A DNA stretch of 64,000 nucleotides, from assembly GCA_963713825.1 (NCBI GenBank), contig CAVQNG010000025.1, forward strand, positions 1 through 64,000, given 5' to 3'. The notes beneath the pieces are model-generated. The model made no database searches and was not told the DNA's origin. It saw only the letters and a list, made by a program, of their open reading frames with translations. Source of the DNA: an uncultured Acidobacteriota bacterium (GTDB lineage: Bacteria; Acidobacteriota; Thermoanaerobaculia; Multivoradales; JAHEKO01). Below are positions 10,285 to 18,167 of the stretch, piece after piece; positions within the stretch are counted from its first letter, which is position 1, and every line of letters begins with the position of its first letter. Position numbers and translations under genes: made by a program.

Positions 10285-10899
10285 TCAGGTATCGGCCTCG
10301 GCTTCGGGGTCGCTCGGTAAGGTGACCCAAAAGAGGCCTCGCACATCGTTCATGTGGAAGCCAGTAGCCTGGTCCTCCGGGTAGAGCGACTGAATGGTCT
10401 CGTGCAGGGCGGGCTCGAGGCTCGGCCCGTGGCAACTCAGGCAGAACGACATCGCATAGATCGGCTCGACATACCCGATGGTGGAATCGTCCAGCCTTAC
10501 GGCCCGGGGCTGGGGATTTTCAGGATCTTCGAGGTAGGCGGCGAGCAGAGGCTCGACCCACGGCTCGGGGGCATTGGCGGGGTTTCTGAGCTTGTGACTC
10601 GTCCTACCCATCCGGACCCCTCCGACGCTCAGCTCAGCCGCGATCTGCGGTGCCCTGTCGCGACAGACCGCTATGGCACTTTCGGGGTCGCCTTCCTGTA
10701 GGGCTCCGGTGAGAGCATCGACGAGCTGTTCCTTGAGCGGCTGGAGGGTAGTCTGCGCTCGCTCCATCTCCGCTGGCGAAACCTCGGTCGTCGGTTGAGG
10801 AGCCTGACAGCCGACGACAAGAAGAGCAATCGCCAGTACCGACCCGCACAGCCTCGAGAAATGCGCTCGTTTGTTCGTTGAGCATCGCTTTCCAGACAT
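10285..10899 (-). CDS. DUF3365/Tll0287-like c-type haem lipoprotein
   Basis: Lipobox 'LVVGC', 'RTSHKLRNPANAP', haem motif 'CLSCHG', 'YPEDQATGF...RGLFWV'; start uncertain. Confidence 0.85.
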   Translation of the reverse strand: MSGKRCSTNKRAHFSRLCGSVLAIALLVVGCQAPQPTTEVSPAEMERAQTTLQPLKEQLVDALTGALQEGDPESAIAVCRDRAPQIAAELSVGGVRMGRTSHKLRNPANAPEPWVEPLLAAYLEDPENPQPRAVRLDDSTIGYVEPIYAMSFCLSCHGPSLEPALHETIQSLYPEDQATGFHMNDVRGLFWVTLPSDPEAEADT

Positions 10900-11024
10900 G
10901 CCGTTCCTCCTCTCGAGCCTTGGCCAGCTGGGGCCAAGGAGTCCTTGCCTGCTCATCAGTCTACGCCCCTTCTGCCCCGGCGCAAGTGTTCCCAGCCGTC
11001 GGGGCAGGAAAGGGCCACGCGGAC

Positions 11025-11438
11025 TCAGATCGAGGCCAGATGATCTGTCAGGTGTGCGAGCTCGTGTTGCCAACCGCCGACGTTCTCTTCTCGATCCTGT
11101 TCTCGTTCGAAGCCCGATTCCTCGAGCTTGAGTGTTGTGCCACCGTCAGGGCGCGGGATCAGGGTCCATTCCACAACGGTGGAGTGCACCTCATCGAGAG
11201 GCTTGTCCGCTTCGCGGGCCCAGCGCCAAACGAGCCGCGTTTCCGGCTCGAAGGCTTCGATGCGGACGGCGGCCCGGCCATAGGAATCCCAGCCGAACCA
11301 TCCTTCGGCTCCGAGACGGGGCTCGAGCTCGGCCGAATCGCCGAACCAGCTGGCGATCTCACTGGTATCGGTGAGGGCCCGCCATACCTTGGCGGGCGCG
11401 ATCTCGAGCTCCAATGTGCGTTCGATTGCTTCGATCAT
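11025..11438 (-). CDS. SRPBCC/AHSA1 (START-like) domain protein
   Basis: 'VWRALT', 'WFG', 'GGTTLKLEESGF', 'GW..EL..L'; ATGA-coupled to the ArsR gene. Confidence 0.88.
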   Translation of the reverse strand: MIEAIERTLELEIAPAKVWRALTDTSEIASWFGDSAELEPRLGAEGWFGWDSYGRAAVRIEAFEPETRLVWRWAREADKPLDEVHSTVVEWTLIPRPDGGTTLKLEESGFEREQDREENVGGWQHELAHLTDHLASI

Positions 11439-11743
11439 GCCTGATCCTCCAAATGAAGTTGCAGTCGCGACAGGTGCTCGTCCCATTCGCGAGCGTAGGG
11501 CTCGAGCCAGTCTTCGACCTCTCTTAGCGGAGAGCTGTCCAGAGAGTGCAGTCGTTCCCGGCCGGCTTTCTGAATTCGAACCAGGCCCGAGGCCTGGAGA
11601 ATGTCCAGATGCTTGGTGACCGCTTGTCGGCTGATGGGAAGTGAAGTTGCCAACTGTTTGATGGACAGTGGACCTTCGGCGCGCATGCGGGCGAGCATGC
11701 CCCTTCGAGTAGGGTCCGCCAACGCTGCGAAGACGCTTTCCAT
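11435..11743 (-). CDS. ArsR/SmtB family transcriptional regulator
   Basis: 'FAALADPTRR', 'SRQAVTKHL..L...GLV', 'GRER'. Confidence 0.92.
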   Translation of the reverse strand: MESVFAALADPTRRGMLARMRAEGPLSIKQLATSLPISRQAVTKHLDILQASGLVRIQKAGRERLHSLDSSPLREVEDWLEPYAREWDEHLSRLQLHLEDQA

Positions 11744-11751
11744 GAGTGAAG

Positions 11752-11781
11752 ATCTTATGCAACCTATTGGTTGCATGTCAA
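11752..11781 (-). promoter_or_regulatory. Sigma70-type promoter (TTGACA-18-TAAGAT) with embedded palindromic operator ATGCAACC-N4-GGTTGCAT
   Basis: Perfect 8-bp inverted repeat at 11757-11776 between the -35 and -10 boxes, immediately upstream of the arsR ATG (11743). Confidence 0.75.
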
Positions 11782-11835
11782 GTCAACCGATTGAGACGTC
11801 GTCGCCGATCGAGGATTGCAGCGCGGCGCGGTAGG

Positions 11836-12663
11836 ATGCGCACGATGATCGACTGGCTGGAAGCCCTCCTTCTGGGCATTGTGCAGGGTGCGACAGAGTA
11901 CCTTCCCGTCAGCTCTTCAGGTCACCTGGTGATCGCTCAGCACCTTTTCGGTTTGGAAGAACCGGCACTTTTCTTCGACATCGTGCTGCACCTCGGCACC
12001 CTGGTCGCGGTCGTCTGGTACTACCGAAGGGACCTCGTGGAGCTGGTCTTGGAGACCTTCGCGGCACTTCGCAATCTCGCATCGGGACACTCATGGAAGG
12101 AGACGCTGAAGTCGTACCCTGGCTTCCGCTTCGCACTCTTGATCGTCGTCGGCACGATCCCGACAGCGGTGATTGGACTCGCCTTCGAGGACACTTTCGA
12201 GCGACTCTTCGTCTCCGTGCGTCTCGTCGGGCTCATGCTGATCCTGACCGGAACCGTACTGTTGCTGACGCGGCTGGCTCGCAATGGAGGGCGTGATGCA
12301 GCCGGGATGACTTGGATCGACGCTCTCCTCATCGGTGTCGTGCAAGGAGTTGCCATCACGCCGGGTATCAGTCGATCCGGAATCACGATCGCTACAGCCC
12401 TCTTGCTTGGAATCGAACGAGAGACGGCGGCGCGCTTCTCGTTCTTGCTCTCCATTCCCTCGATCCTGGGTGCTCTCATGCTTCGCTTCGGGGAGGCGAA
12501 CGACGGCGTTGGCACGACAGCTCTGGTTGTCGGATTCAGTGCCGCGGCCCTGACCGGCTACTTCTGCCTCGCGCTCCTGGTCCGCCTGGTCAAAAGAGGT
12601 CGGCTGTCGTGGTTCGCCCCGTACTGCTTCGCTTTGGGCCTGCTCGTCTTGATCTTCGGCTAG
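11836..12663 (+). CDS. uppP: Undecaprenyl-diphosphate phosphatase
   Basis: 'QGATEYLPVSSSGHL', 'PGISRSG', 'ARFSFLLSIP'. Confidence 0.95.
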   Translation: MRTMIDWLEALLLGIVQGATEYLPVSSSGHLVIAQHLFGLEEPALFFDIVLHLGTLVAVVWYYRRDLVELVLETFAALRNLASGHSWKETLKSYPGFRFALLIVVGTIPTAVIGLAFEDTFERLFVSVRLVGLMLILTGTVLLLTRLARNGGRDAAGMTWIDALLIGVVQGVAITPGISRSGITIATALLLGIERETAARFSFLLSIPSILGALMLRFGEANDGVGTTALVVGFSAAALTGYFCLALLVRLVKRGRLSWFAPYCFALGLLVLIFG

Positions 12664-12738
12664 AGCCAGACCATCCGCTTTGGAGACGGAAGTTTCGGGT
12701 TGCTCCAAAAGGACGGCATCGGGATATCCTTCCTTGTC

Positions 12739-13797
12739 ATGCGAAGCAGAACGAGATCTCTTGTCAGGGTTGGATTTGCGGTGATCTGGATCGTGCTCGG
12801 CGGTCTCGGAAGCTCATTGAATGCTCAGGGCTCTGTCAACGAGGATCTGAGCCGACAGTGGGTTCACGTTCGCCCGGATCCGAAAGGCACGCCGACCCGA
12901 GTGGAGATGGGTGTCTACTTCCTCGACGTGATGGTCATCGACGACGCCACGCAGACCTTCCAGGTTGATCTGATCTTGTCCGCCCGTTGGAGGGACCCAC
13001 GGCTCGCCTTCTCGGTGGAGGAGACTGGTTTGGACGAGCTGGTGTTGCCATTGAAAGACGTTTGGTATGCGGGGCTTTCGGCACTGAACCGGCGCGAAAC
13101 AGAGATCTTCCTGCCTGACTTGGTGCAAGTCGATCCGGACGGCCAGGTCACCTATGCGCAGAGAGTCCAAGGTACCTTGGCATCACGGCTGGAGCTACGG
13201 GAGTTTCCGTTTGATTCCCAACTCCTGCCGCTTCATCTGGTGGCCTACCAGTACGGACCGGAAGAGATCGAGTTCGTGCTCACCGACAGACTGACCGGCA
13301 GCCGGGGTGACTTCTCGGTGACCGGGTGGGTGATCGAAGAAGGTGAGCGCAGGGTCGAGTCGGTACAGTTGCCCGGAGTGGAGGGTGAGTTTGCCGGTGC
13401 GAGCTTCTTTCTCCTGGCCAAGCGGCAGTCGTCGTACTTCAGCCTCACCATGATGGTGCCTCTGGTGCTCATCGTCCTTATGGCCTGGACCGTATTCTGG
13501 ATCGATCCCTCCGTTGTGCCACCCCAGGTCGGTATTGCGACGGCGGCCGTCTTTTCCCTCATCGCCTTTCGCTTCAGCTTGCGCAGTGCATTGCCTGCCG
13601 TGGCCTACATGACCCGAGCGGATCAGTTTCTCCTCGGCACGACCCTGTTGGTGTTCGCAGCTCTGGGCGAAGTCATAGTGACGGCTCGACTCGCCAAGCA
13701 GGGCAACGAGGAGCTGGCAGGTCGGATTGATCGCTGGGGCCGTTGGGTCTATCTCGTCGCATTCATCCTCCTGACAGCGTACTCGCGCTGGAACTGA
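12739..13797 (+). CDS. Prokaryotic pentameric ligand-gated ion channel (Pro-loop, GLIC/ELIC-like)
   Basis: Signal peptide, 'W.DPRL', 'DG.V.Y.QR', Pro-loop 'LREFPFDSQ', pre-M1 R, four TM helices with 'LP...YMT..D'. Confidence 0.88.
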   Translation: MRSRTRSLVRVGFAVIWIVLGGLGSSLNAQGSVNEDLSRQWVHVRPDPKGTPTRVEMGVYFLDVMVIDDATQTFQVDLILSARWRDPRLAFSVEETGLDELVLPLKDVWYAGLSALNRRETEIFLPDLVQVDPDGQVTYAQRVQGTLASRLELREFPFDSQLLPLHLVAYQYGPEEIEFVLTDRLTGSRGDFSVTGWVIEEGERRVESVQLPGVEGEFAGASFFLLAKRQSSYFSLTMMVPLVLIVLMAWTVFWIDPSVVPPQVGIATAAVFSLIAFRFSLRSALPAVAYMTRADQFLLGTTLLVFAALGEVIVTARLAKQGNEELAGRIDRWGRWVYLVAFILLTAYSRWN

Positions 13798-13863
13798 AGA
13801 GGCCCTGGCAGCTCCGTCCGACGGCACCGGAATGGAACTCTTGGCTCGGGAATCACTGAGGGC

Positions 13864-13879
13864 TGGCGCGCAATTTGCT
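13864..13879 (+). promoter_or_regulatory. Putative sigma54 (-24/-12) promoter
   Basis: TGGCGCGCAATTTGCT matches TGGCACG-N4-TTGC(A/T) with exact GG-N10-GC spacing, upstream of the 14014-25235 operon. Confidence 0.7.
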
Positions 13880-14013
13880 AGATTGAAGGTGAGTTCGGTG
13901 TGATCGTGAGCGGCGACGGGGAGGCGGAGGAGTGAAATCGGGTTCGATCACACCGGGGTAAGGAAGCTCTGAGAGTGTGAGCCAGCTCTGTTGGCCAACA
14001 CCTAGGGAGAAGT

Positions 14014-14904
14014 ATGGACTTCAAGATGCAATATTGGCTGCAGCGCATCGTTCCACTGGTCGCCCTGGCACTGGTGGTTGCCTGCGCTAGTAGTCAGACG
14101 CCGCCACCTCCAGCTGCTCCCCCCGAGCCGGAGAGCACGACCTCCTCCGCTCCAGAGGACAAGACGAAGGGTGAAAGCGGGGCGGAAGCTGGTCAAGAGG
14201 GTGGCGGAGACGGTACTGCCGGCTCTGAAGGCGGCGGACAATCGGGCAGTCAGGCCGGCCAGGGACAGTCCTCTGGAGAGGACGGATCAGGTGAGGAAGC
14301 GGGAGGGGAGGCCGCCAGTGGGCAGCCCGGCTCCCAGGGCGCAGAGGGAGGCGAGGACCAGTCGCAGGGAGGCGGAGCGAGCAGTGGCGCAGGTCAGCCT
14401 GCAGGGTCCATGGCGGGAAGCGAGCCAACCTCTGAGCTGGACCAGGAGTTGATCGCCTCGCTCGAGAAGTTCGACGGAATGCTGGCCAGTGAACAGCAGA
14501 CGGCCGCGCAAGCACGCGCCGAGGCAGAGGTCGCGGCTGAAACTGCCGCGGGATCGTCCGGCGGGAGCGGAGCTTTCGGAGATGAAGACTCCGATTTCGG
14601 AGACCCGGTCGGTGGTGGGCAGACGGGAGATGAGCAGACCGCGGGCTCGGCAGCGCAGTCAGCCTCCGGTGGAGGCACCAGCGAGGAAGAGTCGGGCGCA
14701 GAGAGCTCCGCGCCGGCGGGTTCGGCCGGCGGTGGCGGGGGTGGCGGCAGGGTGCCCGACGATGTCGGGGACGGCAGTGACGACGATATCGTGGCACGAC
14801 AACTCCGCGAGGCGGCGATGAACGAGAACGATCCAGAACTGCGTGAGAAGCTCTGGGACGAGTATCGCGAATACAAGGCAGCCGTGAAGAGGAAGAGTGG
14901 CTGA
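14014..14904 (+). CDS. Uncharacterised lipoprotein with long Gly/Ser/Glu-rich disordered linkers and a C-terminal helical motif
   Basis: Lipobox 'LVVAC'; low-complexity body; C-terminal 'DDDIVARQLREAA..E.DPELREKLW.EY..YK'. Confidence 0.75.
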   Translation: MDFKMQYWLQRIVPLVALALVVACASSQTPPPPAAPPEPESTTSSAPEDKTKGESGAEAGQEGGGDGTAGSEGGGQSGSQAGQGQSSGEDGSGEEAGGEAASGQPGSQGAEGGEDQSQGGGASSGAGQPAGSMAGSEPTSELDQELIASLEKFDGMLASEQQTAAQARAEAEVAAETAAGSSGGSGAFGDEDSDFGDPVGGGQTGDEQTAGSAAQSASGGGTSEEESGAESSAPAGSAGGGGGGGRVPDDVGDGSDDDIVARQLREAAMNENDPELREKLWDEYREYKAAVKRKSG

Positions 14905-14919
14905 CCAGGGTGGTCTGGT

Positions 14920-16161
14920 ATGAGATTGCAGAACGGAATTGCGTGTCTGGCCCTGGTGGCCTTGGGCCTTGTGGGATGTACTTCGACAGGTTCGCCCAGC
15001 TCTGGCAGTGCGGTGACCCTGATCCAAGCTGCAAGTGAGGTTCCAGAAGAGACGCTACTGGATGTGACGATCGAGGTCTTCGATCCGGGGTTGCTCGACC
15101 CGAGCGTACCTGTTGCCAAGGCCGAGAAAGAGGGGGTCTTCCCGGAGGTCCGAAAGGCCGAGGCGCGATTCATTCCCTATCAGCTCAAGCAGACTTTGCA
15201 GTCGACTGGCAATTGGGGAGCAGTCCGAGTGATGCCACAGGACACCTCCAGTGCAGAAGTGACTGTGACCGGCGAGATCATCAAGTCCACTGGCAAGGAT
15301 CTCGTGGTCGAGATCCAGGTGCAGGACTCGGCGGGTCAAACCTGGTTCGAGAAACGCTACAAGCAGGAGGCCGATGTCCTGGCGTACTCACCGGACCAGG
15401 TCAAGAAGAAGGATCCATTTCATGCCCTATACGGTGCTATCGCCAACGATTTGTTGGTTGAACGACAGAAGAGATCCCAAGCGGAGTTGATGAAGCTACG
15501 CCATATTGCGGACGTGCGGTTTGCGGCCGACCTGGCGCCGGTGGCGTTCGAGGACTATCTCAGCCTCGATCGCAAAGAGCGCTACAAGTTGGAGCATCTC
15601 CCCGCTGAGGATGACTCCATGATGGCTCGCATCGCCGAGATTCGAAAGCGCGATTACACCTTCATCGACACTCTCAACGAGTACTACGCCACTTTCACCA
15701 CCTCGATGGAAGAGCCTTATGACAACTGGCGGTCGTTCAGCTACGAGGAGCAACTGGCTCTGGAGAAGCTCCGTCGCCAGGCCAGGATGCAGAAGATCGT
15801 CGGTGCGCTGGCAATCTTCGGTGCTGTGGTTGCTCCGGGCGGCGGTAGCACCGCTGAGAGGGTGGCGCGCGATGTGGCCCTGATCGGCGGTATGGCGGCC
15901 ATTCAGAGCGGCATGGCCAAGTCACAGGAGGCCAAGATCCATGTCGAAGCCCTGCGTGAGCTGGGTGGCTCCCTGGATGTGGAAGTCACCCCGCTCGTTG
16001 TCGAGGTCGAAGGCGAGACACTGCGACTCAGCGGCACCATGGAAGGCCAATTTGCCGAATGGCGGGAGATGTTGCGGCAGATCTACGCCGAGGAGACCGG
16101 ACTGCCTGTGGACCCCAACGTCGAGGCAGGGCAGGCCGCCGGGACTTCGGTCGAGAACTGA
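14920..16161 (+). CDS. Uncharacterised lipoprotein
   Basis: Lipobox 'LVGC'; globular N-terminal part; glycine-zipper-like hydrophobic hairpin near the C-terminus; tight operon spacing. Confidence 0.75.
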   Translation: MRLQNGIACLALVALGLVGCTSTGSPSSGSAVTLIQAASEVPEETLLDVTIEVFDPGLLDPSVPVAKAEKEGVFPEVRKAEARFIPYQLKQTLQSTGNWGAVRVMPQDTSSAEVTVTGEIIKSTGKDLVVEIQVQDSAGQTWFEKRYKQEADVLAYSPDQVKKKDPFHALYGAIANDLLVERQKRSQAELMKLRHIADVRFAADLAPVAFEDYLSLDRKERYKLEHLPAEDDSMMARIAEIRKRDYTFIDTLNEYYATFTTSMEEPYDNWRSFSYEEQLALEKLRRQARMQKIVGALAIFGAVVAPGGGSTAERVARDVALIGGMAAIQSGMAKSQEAKIHVEALRELGGSLDVEVTPLVVEVEGETLRLSGTMEGQFAEWREMLRQIYAEETGLPVDPNVEAGQAAGTSVEN

Positions 16162-16181
16162 TTCCGGCGGTGCTTCGTCGT

Positions 16182-18167
16182 ATGTTCCCTCTCGAAAGCG
16201 GCCAGGTTCTCTGCTCCCGATTCACCTTGCTACGCCCCTTGGGTCGCGGGGGTATGGGCCAGGTCTGGCTGGCAAGCGATCGCCAGCTCGATGAAGAGGT
16301 GGTGACGAAGATCGTTCCGGCCGACGCCTCGGCGGTGACGATCGAGCTCTTGCGACACGAGTGTCGGAACACCCGCCGGTTGTCACACCCCAACATCGTC
16401 CGTGTCTTCGACTTCCATCAGTGTGACGGAGTGAGCTTCATCACGATGGAGCACATCACCGGAGAATCGATCGAGACCCTTCGCGGAGCTCCGATCGAGG
16501 ACATCGTCCAGACGCTCGCGTGGCTGGCAGGAGCTCTCGATCACGCCCACCAGGCAGGAGTGGTCCACCGAGACGTCAAGGCCGGCAACGTTCTTCTGGA
16601 TCGTACTGGTCAGCCGCGGTTGACGGACTTCGGAATCGCTGCGGTCCTAGACCCGGGTGACGGGGATCTACGCCTCGAAGGGGGTGGGTCGAGATACAGC
16701 ATGAGTCCACAGCAAGCGGCGGGAGATCCCCCACAGCCCTCCGACGACATCTACGGGCTGGGAACCCTGGCCTATCATCTGATTTCGGGACACCCTCCCT
16801 TTTGGTCCGAGGGCGACCTGGAGAGGATCCAGCGAGTCGCTCCGGAGCCCTTCGATCCCCAGAGAGGGGTGCCATCGACACTTCAGGCTCTGGTCGACCA
16901 GATGTTGGCCGAGTCGACAGCCGACCGTCCGGCACACATGGCCGAGGTGCGAAGGGCTCTGGAGGAAATCAACAGAGGATTGTCGGCGGCCGAGACCCAG
17001 GCACCGGAAGTTCGGCCCGCCGCGGTTCGACTCACTCCTCCTCCCAAGATCGAGTCTCGACGCCCTCTGGTCGGTCAAGACTCGGCCGTCAAGTCCGAGA
17101 GCAGGGCCCGGCTTTGGAGCACCGTGGCGGTCTTTTTGGTGCTCGGAGCGCTGGTCCTGGGCGTCTTTCTGCTGCTGCCGGGTTGGGTGCAGCGGCGCAG
17201 TGAGTCCGAAGAGGGTTGGGGGAGCTCGGAACATCAGGTTGCCGTGACTTCGGAGAGCAGAGAGGAGCAGTCGGCGTCGGTCAGCGAGCTGTCAGTCGAG
17301 CCCGAGATTGGCGAGCGTCGCGAGGCTCGACCGGAGACAGTAGTCGCCGAAACCACCGCTGAGCCGACCGAAGAGCCGACTCTTGATCCTGCTGCTGAAA
17401 GGGTGAAGCAGACGACCACCGGAGACTTCGGAATCGTAGTCCCTTCCCAGCAGGAAACGAGTTCGGACGCCGAGTTTCGCCGGGCCATGTCCGCAGGCCT
17501 GACAGCGCTGGAGGCGAGTGACTTTCCATCGGCCAAGCAGGCCTTCCAGCGAGCACGGGAGCTCTCACCAGGCTCTTCGGAGGTCGTGGATGGCCTGGGT
17601 CGAGCCGAAGAGGGTCTGCGGCTCGCCGCCATCGCGGCGCACCGCTCACGGGCTGAGGAATTCGAGCGCCAGGAAGATTGGAGTGCAGCTCTGCGAGAGT
17701 ACGATGCCGTATTTGGCCTCGACCCGACGATTCGCTTCGCGCGTGAGGGCAAGGCCCGAGCTGAAGTTCGATCCCAGCTCGCCGAGGGACTGGAGGATCA
17801 CATCGCTCATCCCGACCGATTGTCCAACGACGAAGTGTTGGAGAGTGCCGAGAGGCTCTTGAGCGATGCCAGGTCAGTGGAGCCGCCGGGTCCGGTGCTG
17901 CGCCGGCAGATCGACAGTATGACCAAGCTGTTGGCCGTCGCGACAACACCGATCCGAGTCGAGTTGGTCTCCGATAACCTCACGGAGGTGACGGTCTACC
18001 GAGTGGGTCGTTTGGGGAGATTCACCCAACAGGTCCTCGACCTACGCCCGGGCACCTATACGGTCGTCGGCAGCCGGGCGGGTTATCGGGATGTGCGTCA
18101 TCGGCTGACGGTCTCGCCGAGCCAGAGCTCGAAGCCCGTCGAAGTTCGGTGCTTGGAGGAGATTTGA
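16182..18167 (+). CDS. Membrane Hanks-type Ser/Thr protein kinase with periplasmic TPR-like and C-terminal PEGA-like regions
   Basis: 'LGRGGMGQVW', 'HPNIV', 'HRDVKAGN', 'DFG', 'SDDIYGLG'; one TM helix; helical repeats; 'LRPGTYTVVGSRAGY'. Confidence 0.88.
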   Translation: MFPLESGQVLCSRFTLLRPLGRGGMGQVWLASDRQLDEEVVTKIVPADASAVTIELLRHECRNTRRLSHPNIVRVFDFHQCDGVSFITMEHITGESIETLRGAPIEDIVQTLAWLAGALDHAHQAGVVHRDVKAGNVLLDRTGQPRLTDFGIAAVLDPGDGDLRLEGGGSRYSMSPQQAAGDPPQPSDDIYGLGTLAYHLISGHPPFWSEGDLERIQRVAPEPFDPQRGVPSTLQALVDQMLAESTADRPAHMAEVRRALEEINRGLSAAETQAPEVRPAAVRLTPPPKIESRRPLVGQDSAVKSESRARLWSTVAVFLVLGALVLGVFLLLPGWVQRRSESEEGWGSSEHQVAVTSESREEQSASVSELSVEPEIGERREARPETVVAETTAEPTEEPTLDPAAERVKQTTTGDFGIVVPSQQETSSDAEFRRAMSAGLTALEASDFPSAKQAFQRARELSPGSSEVVDGLGRAEEGLRLAAIAAHRSRAEEFERQEDWSAALREYDAVFGLDPTIRFAREGKARAEVRSQLAEGLEDHIAHPDRLSNDEVLESAERLLSDARSVEPPGPVLRRQIDSMTKLLAVATTPIRVELVSDNLTEVTVYRVGRLGRFTQQVLDLRPGTYTVVGSRAGYRDVRHRLTVSPSQSSKPVEVRCLEEI

